From positions 10,726,001 to 10,790,000 of the forward strand of contig NC_092680.1 in assembly GCF_964355755.1 (NCBI RefSeq): a stretch of DNA of 64,000 nt, read 5' to 3'. The notes under the pieces were generated by a model. The model saw only the letters and a program-made list of their open reading frames with translations. It was not told the DNA's origin and did no database searches. Positions 24,879 to 38,090 of this stretch are shown here, one piece after another (within the stretch, counting starts at the first letter, position 1; every line of letters starts with the position of its first letter). A program made the position numbers and the translations under genes. The stretch is from Antedon mediterranea (taxonomy: Eukaryota; Animalia; Echinodermata).

Positions 24879-26653
24879 AAGTTTCATCGAAATGCAAAAA
24901 TTGGTCTAAAACGTTTCCAAATGCGATTTGAAGCTATTCTAAGCACTTTTGGGTTTTTATGTTAACAAGTTTATTAAAAAATGCACAAAATGGTCTAAAA
25001 CGTCTCCAAATGCGATTTGAAGCTATTCTAAGCACGTTGGTGTTTTTATGTTAACAAGTTTTTCCCATTTTGTGATTTTTGAAAAAACTTGTTAACATAA
25101 AAACACCAAAGTGCTAAGAATAGCTTCAAATCGCATTTGGAGACGTTTTAGATCATTTTGTGCATTTCAATGAAACTTGGTTACACAAAACATCAAAGTG
25201 CTTAAAATCACATTAGAAACCGTTTTAGACCATTTTGAGCATTTCAATAAAACATTTCACACAAAAACATCAAAGAGCACAAAATAGCTTAATATCGTAT
25301 TTAAAAACGTTTAAGACCATTTTGTGATTTTCGAAAAAATCTGTTAACACAAAACATCAAAGTGTACAAAAAAGCTTCAAATCGCATTTGGAGACGTTTT
25401 AGACCATTTTGTGATTTTCGAAAAAACCTGTTAACACAAAAACACAAAAGTGCTTAGAATAGCTTCAAATCGCATTGGGAGACGTTTTAGATCATTTTGT
25501 GCATTTCGATGAAACTTGGTTACACAAAAACATCAAAGTGCTTAAAATCAAATTAGAAACCGTTTTAGACCATTTTGAGCATTTCGATCAAACTTTTCAC
25601 ACAAAAACATCAAAGAGCACAAAATAGCTTAATATCGTATTTAAAAACGTTATAGACCATTTTGAGCATTTCGACAAAACTTTTGCACACAAAACATCAA
25701 AGTGTATAGAATAGCTTCAAATCGCATTTGGAGACGTTTTAGACCATTTTGTGATTTTCGATGAAACTTGGTTACACAAAATCATCAAAGTGCTTAAAAT
25801 CACAATAGAAACCGTTTTAGACCATTTTGAGCATTTTGATAAAACTTTTTCACACAAAACTTCATAGTGTACAGAATAGCTTCAAATCGCATTAGAAACC
25901 GTTTTAGACCATTTTGAGCATTTCGACAAAACTTTTTCACACAAAACATCAAAGTGTACAGAATAGCTTCAAATCGCATTTGGAGACGTTTTAGACCATT
26001 TTGTGATTTTCGAAAAAACATGTTAACATAAAAACACCAAAGTGTTAAGAATAGCTTCAAATCGCCTTTGGAAACTTTTTAGACCATTTTGTGCATTTCG
26101 ATGAAACTTCGTTACACAAAAACATCAAAATGCTTAAAATCACATTAGAAACCGTTTTAGACCATTTTGAGCATTTCAATACAACTTTTCACACAAAAAC
26201 ACCAAAGTGCTAAAGTAGCTTCAAATCGTATTTAAAAACGTTTTAGACCATTTTGAGCATTTCGACAAAACTTTTTCACACAAAACATTAAAGTGTACAG
26301 AATAGCTTCAAATCGCATTTGGAGACGTTTTAGACCATTTTGTGATTTTCCAAAAAACTTGTTAACATAAAAACACCAACGTGCTAAGAGTAGCTTCAAA
26401 TTGTATTTAAAAACGTTTTAGTCCATTTTGAGCATTTCGACAAAACTTTTTCACATAAAACATGAAAGTGTACAGAATAGCTTCAAATCGCATTTGGAGA
26501 CGTTTAGACCATTTTGTGATTTTCCAAAAAAACTTGTTAACATAAAAACACCAACGTGCTAAGAGTAGCTTCAAATTGTATTTAAAAACGTTTTAGACCA
26601 TTTTGAGCATTTCGACAAAACTTTTTCACACAAAACACCAAAGTGCTAAGAAT
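24879..26653. repeat. Satellite B array, near-identical duplicate of 3538-5303
   Basis: Same junctions and same inverted first units; ORF 25800-26060 matches 4461-4721. Confidence 0.95.
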
Positions 26654-26656
26654 AGT

Positions 26657-29600
26657 GCTATAATATTGCCATTTATACACATATATTTTGCTAACATCAT
26701 CTTATAGAGGCATAGTAACTAGTTATGTAAAAAAATAAAGGGTTGAAATTTGGCCATTTTAGAAAATTTTCCTGCGGGGGACCATAGGAATTTTTTCCAA
26801 AAATGTCAAAAATTCCCACTTTTTAAAATTCAATAATTATTCTATAATATTTCCATTTATACAAATATATTGTGCTAACATCATCTTATAGAGCCATAGT
26901 AACTAGTTATGTCAAAAAATAAAAGGGACAAAATTTGGAAATTTTTCGAAAATTTTCCTGTGTGAGACCATAGGAATTTTTTCGAAAAATGGCAAAAATT
27001 TCCACTTTTAAAGTTCGAAAAGTATGCTATAATGTTGCCATTTATACAGATATATTTTGCTAACATCATCTTATAGAGCCATCGTAACTAGTTATGTCAA
27101 AATATAAAAGGGTCAAAATTTAACAATTTCGCTGCGGGGGACAATAGGAATTTTTTCGAAAAATGGCCAAAATTTCCACTTTTTTAAATTCAATAATTAT
27201 GCTATAATATTGCCATTTATGCACATATATTGTGCTAACATCATCTTATAGAGATATAGCAACTAGTTATGTCAAAAAAATAAAAGGGACAAAAAATGGA
27301 AACATTTTCCACTTTTTAAAATTAAATAATTATGCTATAATATTGCCATTTATACAGATATATTTTGCTAACATCAACTTATAGAGCCATAGTAACTAGT
27401 TATTTCAAAAAATAAAAGGTTTGAAATTTCACCATTTTTACGACAATTTCTCTGCGGGGGACCATACTATTATTTTCGAAAAATGGCAAAAATTTCCAAT
27501 TTTTTATATTCTATAATTAGGCTATAGTATTGCCATTTATGCACATATATTGTGCTAAAATCATCTTATAGAGCAACAGCAACTACTTATGTCAAAATAT
27601 AAAAGGGTCGAAAACGACCAAAATTTCCAACTTTTAAAATTCAATAATTAGAATATAATATTGCCATTTATGCACATATATTGTGTTAACATCATCTTAT
27701 AGAGCCATAGTAACTAGTTATGTCAAAAAATAAAAGGTTTGAAATTTGGCCATTTTTGCGAAAATTTCCCTGCGGGGGACCATAGGAATTTTTTTCGAAA
27801 AATGACCAAAATTTCCACTTTTTAAAATTCAAAAATTATGCTATAATATTGCCATTTATGCACATATATTGTGCTAACATCATCTTATAGAGCCATAGTA
27901 ACTAGTTATGTAAAAAAATAAAAGGGTCTAAATTTGGCCATTTTTGGAAAATTTTCCTGCGGGGGACCACAGGATTTTTTTCGAAAAATGGCGAAAATTT
28001 CCACCTTTAAACTTCAATAATTAGGCTATAATATTGCCATTTATGCACATATATCGTGTTAACATCATCTTATAGAGCCATAGTAACTAGTTATGTCAAA
28101 AAATAAAAGGATCGAAATTTGGCCATTTTTCGAAAATTTTCCTGCAGGGGACCAAAGGAATTTTTTCAAAAAATAACAAAAATTTCCACCTTTTAAAATT
28201 CAATAATTAGGCTATAATATTGCCATTTATGCACATATATTGTGTTAACATCATCTTATAGAGCCATAGTAACTAGTTATATAAAAAAATAAAAGGGTCG
28301 AAATTTGACCAAAATAGCTTAATATCGTATTTAAAAACGTTTAAGACAATTTTGTGATTTTCGAAAAAACCTGTTAACACAAAACATCAAAGTGCTTAGA
28401 ATAGCTTCAAATCGCACTGGGAGACGTTTTAGACCATTTTGAGCATTTCGATAAAACTTTTTCACACAAAACATCAAAGTGCTTAAAATCACATTAGAAA
28501 CCGTTTTAGACCATTTTGAGCATTTCGATAAAACTTTTCACACAAAAACATCAAAGTGCACAAAATAGCTTAATATCGTATTTGAAAACATTTTAGACAT
28601 TTTGAAAATTTCGACAAATTTTTTTCACACAAAACATCAAAGTGTACATAATAGCTTCAAATCGCATTTGGAGACGTTTTAGACCATTTTGTGATTTTCG
28701 AAAAAACTTGTTAACATAAAAACACCAACGTGCTTAGAATAGCTTCAAATCGCATTTGGAGACGTTTTAGACCATTTTGTGCATTTCGATGAAACTTGGT
28801 TACACAAAAACATCAAAGTGCTTAAAATCACATTAGAAACCGTTTAGACCATTTGAGCATTTCGATAAAACTTTTAACACAAAAACATCAAAGAGCACAA
28901 AATAGCTTATTATGGTATTTGAAAACGTTTTAGACCGTTTTGAGCATTTTGACAAAACCTTTTCACACAAAACATCAAAGTGTACAGAATAGCTTCAATT
29001 CGCATTTGGAGACGTTTTAGACCATTTTGTGCAGTTCGATGAAACTTGGTTACACAAAAACATCAAAGAGCTTAAAATCACAATAGAAGCCGTTTCAGAC
29101 CATTTTGTGATTTTCTAAAAAAATTTTTAACATAAAAACACCAAAGTGCTAAGAATAGCTTCAAATCGCATTTGGAGACATTTTAGACCATTTTGTGCAT
29201 TTCGATGAAACTTGGGTACACAAAAACATCAAAGTGCTTAAAATCACATTTGAAACCGTTTTAGACCACAGCTTATAGAGCCATAGTAACTAGTTATGTC
29301 AAAAAATAGGTTTAAAATTTGGCCATTTTTGCGAAAATTTCCCTGCGGGGGACCATAGGAATTCTTTTCGAGAAATGACCAAAATTTCCACTTTTTAAAA
29401 TTCAATAATTATGCTATTATATTGGCATTTATGCAAATATATTGTGTTAGAATGATCTTATAGAGCCATCGTAACTAGTTAGGTCGAAATTTGGCAATTT
29501 TTCGAAAATTTCGCTGCGGGGGACCATAGGAATTTTTTTCGAAAAATGGCTAAAATTTACACTTTTTTAACTTCGAAAATTATGCTATAATATTGCCATA

Positions 29601-32523
29601 TATGCAAATATATTGTGCTAACATCATTTTATACAGTAACTAGTTTTGTCAAAAATAAAAGGTTTGAAATTTTACCATTTTTGCGAAAATTTCCCTGCGG
29701 GGGACCATAGGAATTTTTTCGAAAAATTGCCAAAATTTCTAATTTTTAAAATTAAAAAAGTATGCTATATAATATTGCCATTTATGCAAATATATTGTGC
29801 TAACATCATCTTATAGAGCCATAGTAACTATTTATGTCAAAAAAATAAAAGGTTTGAAATTTGGCCAATTTTGCGAAAATTTCATAGGAATTTGTTCGAA
29901 ATTGTTTGTTGTTAACGTTTTCCGTCTTCCGACATTACGCTTTCCACAATTTGTTTCCATTTTTTTCTGTTTATGGGAGGATGGTTTGTTATTGTGTTAG
30001 TGTCTACTAGTCCTTATGCTATAATATTGCCATTTATGCACATATATTGTGGTAACATCATCTTATAGAGCCATAGTAACTAGTTATGTCCAAAAATAAA
30101 AGATTTGAAATTTGGCTATTTTTGTGAAAATTTCCCTGCGGGGGACCATAGGAATTTTTTTTCCAAAAATTGCCAAAATTTCCACTTTTTAAAATTTAAT
30201 AATTATGCTATTATATTGGCATTTATGCAAATATATTGTGTTAGAATCATCTTATAGAGCCATCGTAACTAGTTATGTCAAAAAATAAAAGGGTCGAAAT
30301 TTAGAAATTTTTCGAAAATTTCGCTGCGGGGGACCATAGGATTTTTATTCGAAAAATGGCGAAAATGTACACTTTTTGAAATTCGAAAATTATGCTATAA
30401 TATTGCCATTAATGCAAATATATTGTGCTAACATCATCTTATACAGCCAGAGTAACTAGTTATGTCAAAAAAATAAAAGGTTTGAAATGTTACCATTTTT
30501 GCGAAAATTTTCCTGCGGGGGACCATAGGAATTTTTTCGAAAAATGCCAAAAATTTCTACTTTTTGAAATTAAAAAAGTATGCTATATAATATTGCCATT
30601 TATGCAAATATATTGTGCTATCATCATCTTATAGAGCCATAGTAACTAGTTATGTCAAAAAATAAAAGGTTTGAAATTTGGCCATTTTTGCGAAAATTTA
30701 ATAGGATTTTTTTCGAAAAATGGCCAAAATTTCCACTTTTTAAAATTCAATAATTATGCTATTATATTGGCATTTATGCAAATATATTGTTTTAGCATCA
30801 TCTTATAGAGCCATCGTAACTAGTTATGTCCAAAAATAAAAGGGTCGAAATTTGGCAAATTTTCGAAAATTTCGCTGCGGGGGACCATAGGATTTTTTTT
30901 CGAAAAATGGTCAAAATTTCCATTGTTTAAAATTAAAAAAGTATGCTATATAATATTGCCATTTATGCAAATATATTGTGCTAACATCATCTCATAGAGC
31001 CATAGTAACTAGTTATGTCAAAAAATAAAAGGTTTGAAATTTGGCCATTTTTTCGAAAATTTCCATGCGGGGGACCAAAGGATTTTTTTTCTCAAAAAAA
31101 TGCCAAAATTTCCACTTTTTAAATACAATAATTATGCTATTATATTGGCATTTATGCAAATATATTGTGTTAGAATCATCTTATAGAGTCATCGTAACTA
31201 GTTATGTCAAAAAATAAAAGGGTCAAAATTTGGCAATTTTTCGAAAATTTCGATGCGGGGGACCACTGAAATTTTTTCGAAAAATTACCAAAATTTCCAC
31301 TTTTTGAAATTCAAAAATTATGCTATAATATTGCCATTTATGCACATAGATTGTGCTAACATCATCTTATAGAGCCATAGTAACTAGTTATGTCCAAAAA
31401 TAAAATGTTTGAAATTCGGCTATTTTTGTGAAAATTTCCATGCGGGGGACCATAGGAATTTTTTTCGAAAAATAGCCAAAATTTCCACTTTTTAAAATTC
31501 AATAATTATGCTATTATATTGGCATTTATGCAAATATATTGTGTTACAATCATCTTATATAGCCATCGTAACTAGTTATGTCAAAAAATAAAAGGGTCGA
31601 AATTTGGCAATTTCTCGAAAATTTCGCTACCATAGGAATTTTTTCGAAAAATTGCCAAAATTTCCACTTTTGAAATTCAAAAATTATGCTATAATATTGC
31701 CATTTATGCACATATATTGTGCTAACATCATCTTATAGAGCCATAGTAACTAGTTATGTCAAAAAATAAAAGGGTCTAAAATTGGCAATTTTTCGAAAAT
31801 TTCCCTACGGGGGACCATAAGATTTTTATTCGAAAAATGGCGAAAATTTCCACTTTTTGAAATTCAAAAATTATGCTATAATATTGCCATTTATGCACAT
31901 ATATTGTGCTAACATCATCTTATAGAGCCATAGTAACTAGTTATGTCAAAAAATAAAAGGGTCTAAATTTGGCAATTTTTCGAAAATTTCCCTTCGGGGG
32001 ACCATAAGATTTTTATTCGAAAAATGGCGAAAATTTACACTTTTTTAAATTCGAAAATTATACTATAAAATTGCCATTTATGCAAATATATTGTGCTAAC
32101 ATCATCTTATACAGCCAGAGTAACTAGTTATGTCAAAAAATAAAAGGTTTGAAATTTTTCCATTTTTGCGAAAATTTCCCTTCGGGGGACCATAGGAATT
32201 TTTTCAAAAAATGGCAAAAAATTCTACTTTTTAAATTAAAAAAAGTATGCTATATAATATTGCCATTTATGCAAATATATTGTGCTAACATCATCTTATA
32301 GAGCCATAGTAACTAGTTATGTCAAAAAATAAAAGGTTTGAAATTTGGCAATTTTTGCGAAAATTTTATAGGAATTTTTTCGAAAAATGGCCAAAATTTC
32401 CACTTTTTAAAATTCAATAATTATGCTATTATATTGGCATTTATCCAAATATATTGTGTTAGAATCATCTTATAGAGCCATCGTAACTAGTTATGTCAAA
32501 AAATAAAAGTGTCGAAATTTGGC
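26657..32523 (-). repeat. Satellite A array, reverse, with an embedded SatB block at ~28312-29268
   Basis: Reverse SatA units; SatB motif 'ttttagaccattttg' between 28312 and 29268. Confidence 0.93.
29902..30015 (-). mobile_element. Inverted partial copy of the RTE fragment at 23911-24194
   Basis: Reverse complement of ~24081-24194 including the same tail/satellite junction. Confidence 0.9.
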
Positions 32524-33200
32524 TTCCGGGCTAGGCCTTAGGCATATACGAAGTCGAGTTTTTGAAGTAGAAAAGTCTACCTAAACTTTTGAATTTGCAT
32601 CTGGATAGTTGAATTTTTAACAAATATCATAAATATCATAGGTGATTATGTATGGTAATAAGTATAAGTATAAGTGCAATTCTGGGCTCTATTTTCATTA
32701 TTAGCTCTGCCCCAAACATGGTGGGCTAGTAGGCCTACTGGAGACCTAATATTTAATTTCATATTTCAATGAATAGGTGCACTTTCCGGGGACAAGCTCT
32801 ATTGTCCTTGTTAGTCTTATATATTTTGTTTCATATAATTTCAAATCATGTAAAGTACTATTTTCAGGCGGGAGTCTGTGCAACTCTCTTTTCTTTATTT
32901 TAAACAGTTTGGTATGCCTCGTGGTTGTTATGCAAATGAGCTTGTGCACGTGTATTATGGGGAAGATAATATGTTAATCATTCGCGGTCAACACGCCACA
33001 CTGTTAAATTTTGATGCTGTTAATATTTACATTAGAATATTGTTCAAATCATGTAAATAAAACATTTTCCGGGCGGGAACCTAGCAGTTCTCGAAAAGAA
33101 CTCCAGGTGGAAAAGAAGCTCACCCATGAGTACTGAATACGAAGGAGCACATTGACTTCTTTTGGAGGCTTTATGGCAGTCTTTTTACATGTACTTGATT
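32524..33200 (-). repeat. Inverted copy of linker X
   Basis: Reverse complement of ~15035-15690. Confidence 0.92.
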
Positions 33201-33442
33201 TCAAAAACAATATTTATTTTCAATTAAAAAAAAATAATAATAATAAAATAAAAATATCCGTAGAGGTTCGAACCCAATGCTGAGAGCACACAAACTTGAG
33301 CATTACCCGTTACGCCACAAACCAGTAGATGACTGATAATACTCTATTTATATGAAATGAATGATCAATCAAGGAAAAATAATGCCATGCAACTTTGTTT
33401 CTGATTTAAAAAAAGATCCATTTCTTTAGGCCTGACATTTTC

Positions 33443-36353
33443 CAGTGGGAAAGCCACTTCGCGTTTTGACCGTTAAATCGTGTAAAATCGACTTACTTCC
33501 GCATTGACGATTTTGAAGCGCCACCTATCGTTGAAAACTGAAACCACGATTTTTCGTCGCCTAGCAAATAAGTGCTGTTTTATTTTAAGCTCTCATGAAT
33601 ATTTAAGAACCGCCCAACATTACCTATTATGGTAAAAGCATTTCCTAATAAGTATAATTGAATAACCAATCGGTTTCTTTCAAAGAAACCGAGGCTAATA
33701 CAATACATTCGGCGACTGAAGTCGGGACTCGTGAAATTTATAAATGTGGTACGATTTGACTACTGTTTTGTTGTCCATTTTCTGAATAGTCGGAGGTGCA
33801 TCCCAACAAATTAAAACAATTATAATCAATTGTTTTATCAAGAATAATATTAGTTTAATCGAGTATGATATATTTCTATCCTGTTCAAAATTTGTTGGTG
33901 TATTCTCAGGCCTCGAAATGTAGGTACATTTTCTAGCTGTGAGCGTGGTTTCGGCAACGCGAGACACGTGTGTCAGTATAGGCGATAGCGAGACGTGTGT
34001 TGTACTGTGTTGATGCTGATCCGATAGTCGTTAAGTTGTACTGATTACGAGTATCATTGGTCCTGGCGGCCGGCCTAGCCTGGTGATCTGATCCCCCCCA
34101 AAAAAATACTTTTTTTAAATCAGTATTAATATTATTATTTTATTTTTCATTTATTATTTGATTTATTAGGCTCAATAGATGCCTAGCTAGGCTACTAGTA
34201 GGCCTAGGCCTAGATTATAAATAATAGTAAATACTGTAATTTAATTAATAAAAAACAGCTTCCATTTGCCTTACTTTTATGTCATATAATATTATAATTA
34301 TATATACAACCAGACATTAACATTTTTAGTCGCGTGGAAGCGACTCTATAGTTCACTAAGTCGGTCGGTCGGTCTGTCTGTCTGTCTGTCGGTCCGGTAT
34401 CACTATGCGTTTTATCTTGATATCAGTTTAATCTAGCTAAGTAAATTTTTCACAGAATATTCCTTATGGCCAGGAATCGATGTGGTTATGTTTTCACGGT
34501 GCGCAATAAAAAATTACGCGGTCTACGCACGATTTAACGAAATCACGTTTGTAATCATATCTTAACAACAACCATGAATCACAATTAAATAAAATTTGGT
34601 ACTCATAAATTTCAGGGCATAAATCATCATATGGCAATACAATTACGTGCGTAGCGCATGTAACGCATGCGTACGCGCGCTTAAAATTTTCAAAATTTAT
34701 TTTCGATGAAATAAGAGTACGTTTCAGGCAATTTTAAGCGTTTACAAAATTGCCATGAGTGCGCAGATTTTTGCGCGCGCACTGCGCGTTAAATGTTATT
34801 GCGCACACTTTTTGCCCGATTTCTGTTTTCTTGAATTACTTTTCAACTCGAAATTACGTTATACGAGCACGTCAAATGTGACAGGCTACGCACGTGTAAA
34901 TTAAAAAAATATAAATGTTTTTAAACATTTCAACATTTTTAAACATGTTCAGTAATTTCGGTCAGTATAGTTCACTATGTCGGTCGGTCCGTCTGTCTGT
35001 CGGTCTGTTTGTCTGTCAGTCCGGTATCACTATGCATTGTAGCACGCGACTTAATGGCTGTTGGCCTTGTTTAAAATAATATTTATTATTTTTTCTGACA
35101 CTTTCAGGAATCGTTGATGATGCAGAGTTCTTTTTCTTTGTGACTTCAAACTGAGAGTGAAGTGGATAAAAAGATGACACCGGTACCTACCGACATTGTC
35201 ATACCGAAACTATAATTTAGTTATTTAAAACAAAATGTTGAATTACAAAAATGTATGTTGCAGAGGATTTAGATGAATACAATACAAATATTTATGTTGA
35301 ATGCAAACCTACTACACTATACTCTGTAAATTATGTTATTGTCATGTGGTAGACCTTAAAAATTGAATATTTATTGTATGTTAGGCCTATTTTATATTTT
35401 ATTAATACTGTATTAGTTTAATATTACTACTACAATGTATTAATTTATATTATACAGTACTAGTTTGTACATGTTTTTACCCAAAAAAAATGAATAAATA
35501 ATTTGTTATTCAATCTAATTGCTTGTTTGTTCATCAATAACAAAACAATTGTAAGCAAGTATATAACAGTTCTTGTTAGCCGCTTATTTCAGGTCATATT
35601 ATTAATATTAGCTAGGCCCGACGCGCCCGATCACAACGTCACTAAGTGACTTTCCGCCCCTGGAACAATCGCTCGCTAATAGGGCTAGGCCTCGGACTCG
35701 TATAAAAGCTATTATAATAGTTATGATAAATATTCCTCAACTAAAATGTATACTGTGATAAATAAACAAGTAATAATATACGTTGTATTGGAATGTATTT
35801 ATTTATATGAATTCTTATACGCGGACAATTATAAACATCGCGTATATCGTTCGCTATAAATAAATTCATAAACACGATGACGATGTGTTTACAAAATGGC
35901 GGTTTCGCTAGTTTTCGTTGGAACAAATAGTGGTACCTTTAGTTTGAATAGTCGGAGCTGCATCCCAACCACCGAATTTTGTATCTTAATATCGTATTCT
36001 GTAGATTATTAATTTTTCTAACAGGGATTTTAAATTCAGGACTGTTCAATTTTTCTAAACATTTTATTTTAATGATTTTCTAGGGTACAATTTCGGAAAA
36101 AAGACATTGGTTGATTTTGCCGTTAAATTACAGATTATCGTTTTGTTCAAATACATTTAATTTTACATGACAATATATTAAAACCATTTATGAATTTATT
36201 TCACTAACAATATTTTTCCGATAATCAGCTAAATTTACAAATATTGTGTTTTTCCAACACCCTAAAATTTAGCAATTTTCAACTAAATTAGAAAAGTAGG
36301 GTGCCCTCTCCGAGTCGAAATTTGACACGATTTGTCGACTGGCTGTCCCACTG
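33443..36353. mobile_element. 2.9-kb non-autonomous TIR element
   Basis: CAGTGGGAAAGCCA ... TGGCTGTCCCACTG termini; splits SatC 'ctgacatttacaaccctc'; flanks TTTC/TTAC suggest a 4-bp TSD with one mismatch; internal direct repeat 'gaatagtcggag(g/c)tgcatcccaac' at ~33784 and ~35946. Confidence 0.8.
34323..35072 (+). mobile_element. Helentron-associated non-autonomous element (HINE/DINE-1-like)
   Basis: 5' TTTTT-AGTCGCGTG subterminal repeat, (GTCG/GTCT)n microsatellite, 3' CACGCGACT, short hairpin GGCTGTTGGCC, terminal TTGTTT. Confidence 0.85.
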
Positions 36354-37737
36354 TTACAACCCTCAAAATATCTCATTTTCAAAAAAAATATTTATTTTCA
36401 ATAAGAAAAAAAATGCAATATCCCTAGAGGTTGGAACCCGCTACTGAGAGCAATCAAACCTGGGTATTACCCGTTACGCCACAAACCAGTAAATTACTGA
36501 AGTGCTGATAATATGAATTTAATGATCAATCAATGAAAAATAATGCCATGCAACTTTGTTTCTGATTTTAAAAAAGGTCCACTTCTTTAGGCCTGACATT
36601 TACAACCATCAAAATATCTCATTAAAAAAAAAAATGTTTATTTTCAATTAAAAAAAAAAAGAAAAAAGAAATACCCTAGAGGTTCGAACCCACTACTGAG
36701 AACACTCAGACCTGAGTATTACCCGTTACGCAACAAACCAGTAGATGGCTGAAGAGATCAAAATAGTCTATTTATATGAAATAAATGATCAATCAATGTA
36801 AAATGATGTTATGCAACTTTGTTTCTGATTTTAAAAAAGGTCCACTTGGTTAGGCATGACATTTACAACCATAACAATATCTCACTTTCAAAAACAATAT
36901 TTATTTTCAATTAAAAAAAAAAAGAAAAAAAATATCCCTAGAGGTTCGAAACCACTATTGAGAGCACTCAAACCTGAGCATTACCCGTTACGCCACAAAC
37001 CAGTAGATGACTGAAGAGATGATAATAGCATATTTATATGAATGGATGATCAATCAATGAAAAATAATGCTATGCAACTTTGTTTCTGATTGAAAAAAAT
37101 GTCCACTTGTTTAGGCCTGACATTTACAACCCTCAAAATATCTCACTTTCAAAAAGCATATTTAGTTTCAATTTAAAAAAAAGAAGAAAAAAAACATCCC
37201 TAGAGGTTCGACCCACTACTCAGAGCACTCAAACCTGAGCTGTACCCGTTACGCCACAAACCAGTAGATGACTGAAGAGCTGATAATAGTGTATTTATAT
37301 GAAATGAATGATCAATCAATGAAAAATAATGCCATGCAACTTTGTTTCTGATTTAAAAAAAAGATCTATTTGTTTAGGCCTGACATTTACAACCTTCAAA
37401 ATATCTCATTTTCAAAAAAAATATTTATTTTCAATAAAAAAAAAGAGAAAAAATATCACTAGAGGTTCGAAACCACTATTGAGAGCACTCAAACCTGAGC
37501 ATTACCCGTTACGCCACAAACCAGAAGATGACTGAAGAGCTGATAATAGTCTATTTATATGAATGGATGATCAATCAATGAAAAATAATGCTATGCAACT
37601 TTATTTCTGATTTTTAAAAAGGTCGAATTGGTTAGGCATGACATTTACAACCATAACAAGCACGAATGTGCAATACTCGGGGTACAGCGAAAGAAGCTGT
37701 ATACAGACGTATAAAGTTAGAAAGTTAAAGAAAAATA

Positions 37738-37808
37738 GGTTTCGCCAGGGCTCGAACCGGGACCTTCTGCGTGTTACGCAGACTTGACAACCACTACACT
37801 ACGAAACC
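37738..37808 (-). pseudogene. tRNA-Val(AAC)-derived sequence, type 1
   Basis: GGTTTCG TAGTGTAGTGGTTGTCAAG TCTGC GTAACAC GCAGA AGGT CCCGG TTCGAGC CCTGG CGAAACC then TATTTTT; acceptor and anticodon stems pair, D and T stems mismatched. Confidence 0.8.
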
Positions 37809-38018
37809 TCTTACATTAAAATTGTGGGTTACAGAAAGTTTTTTAATCCATTTAAATTACAAATAAATGGTAATAAGCACAAAGCAAAATAAACATGTGT
37901 AAAAGTGATAATTACCGATTACACAAAATAAGTATTTTAAAAAATAACAATAAAATATACTGTGTATAATTATCATATTGCGTATACAGTACTTTTCACC
38001 ATAAAGTTAAAAAAAAAA

Positions 38019-38090
38019 GGTTTAGCCCGGGCTCCAACCAGGTACCTTCTGCGTGTTGAGCAAACGTGATAACCACTACGCCAAGAAGCC
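38019..38090 (-). pseudogene. tRNA-Val(AAC)-derived sequence, type 2 (more degenerate)
   Basis: GGCTTCTTGGCGTAGTGGTTATCACGTTTGCTCAACACGCAGAAGGTACCTGGTTGGAGCCCGGGCTAAACC followed by a T-run. Confidence 0.7.
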
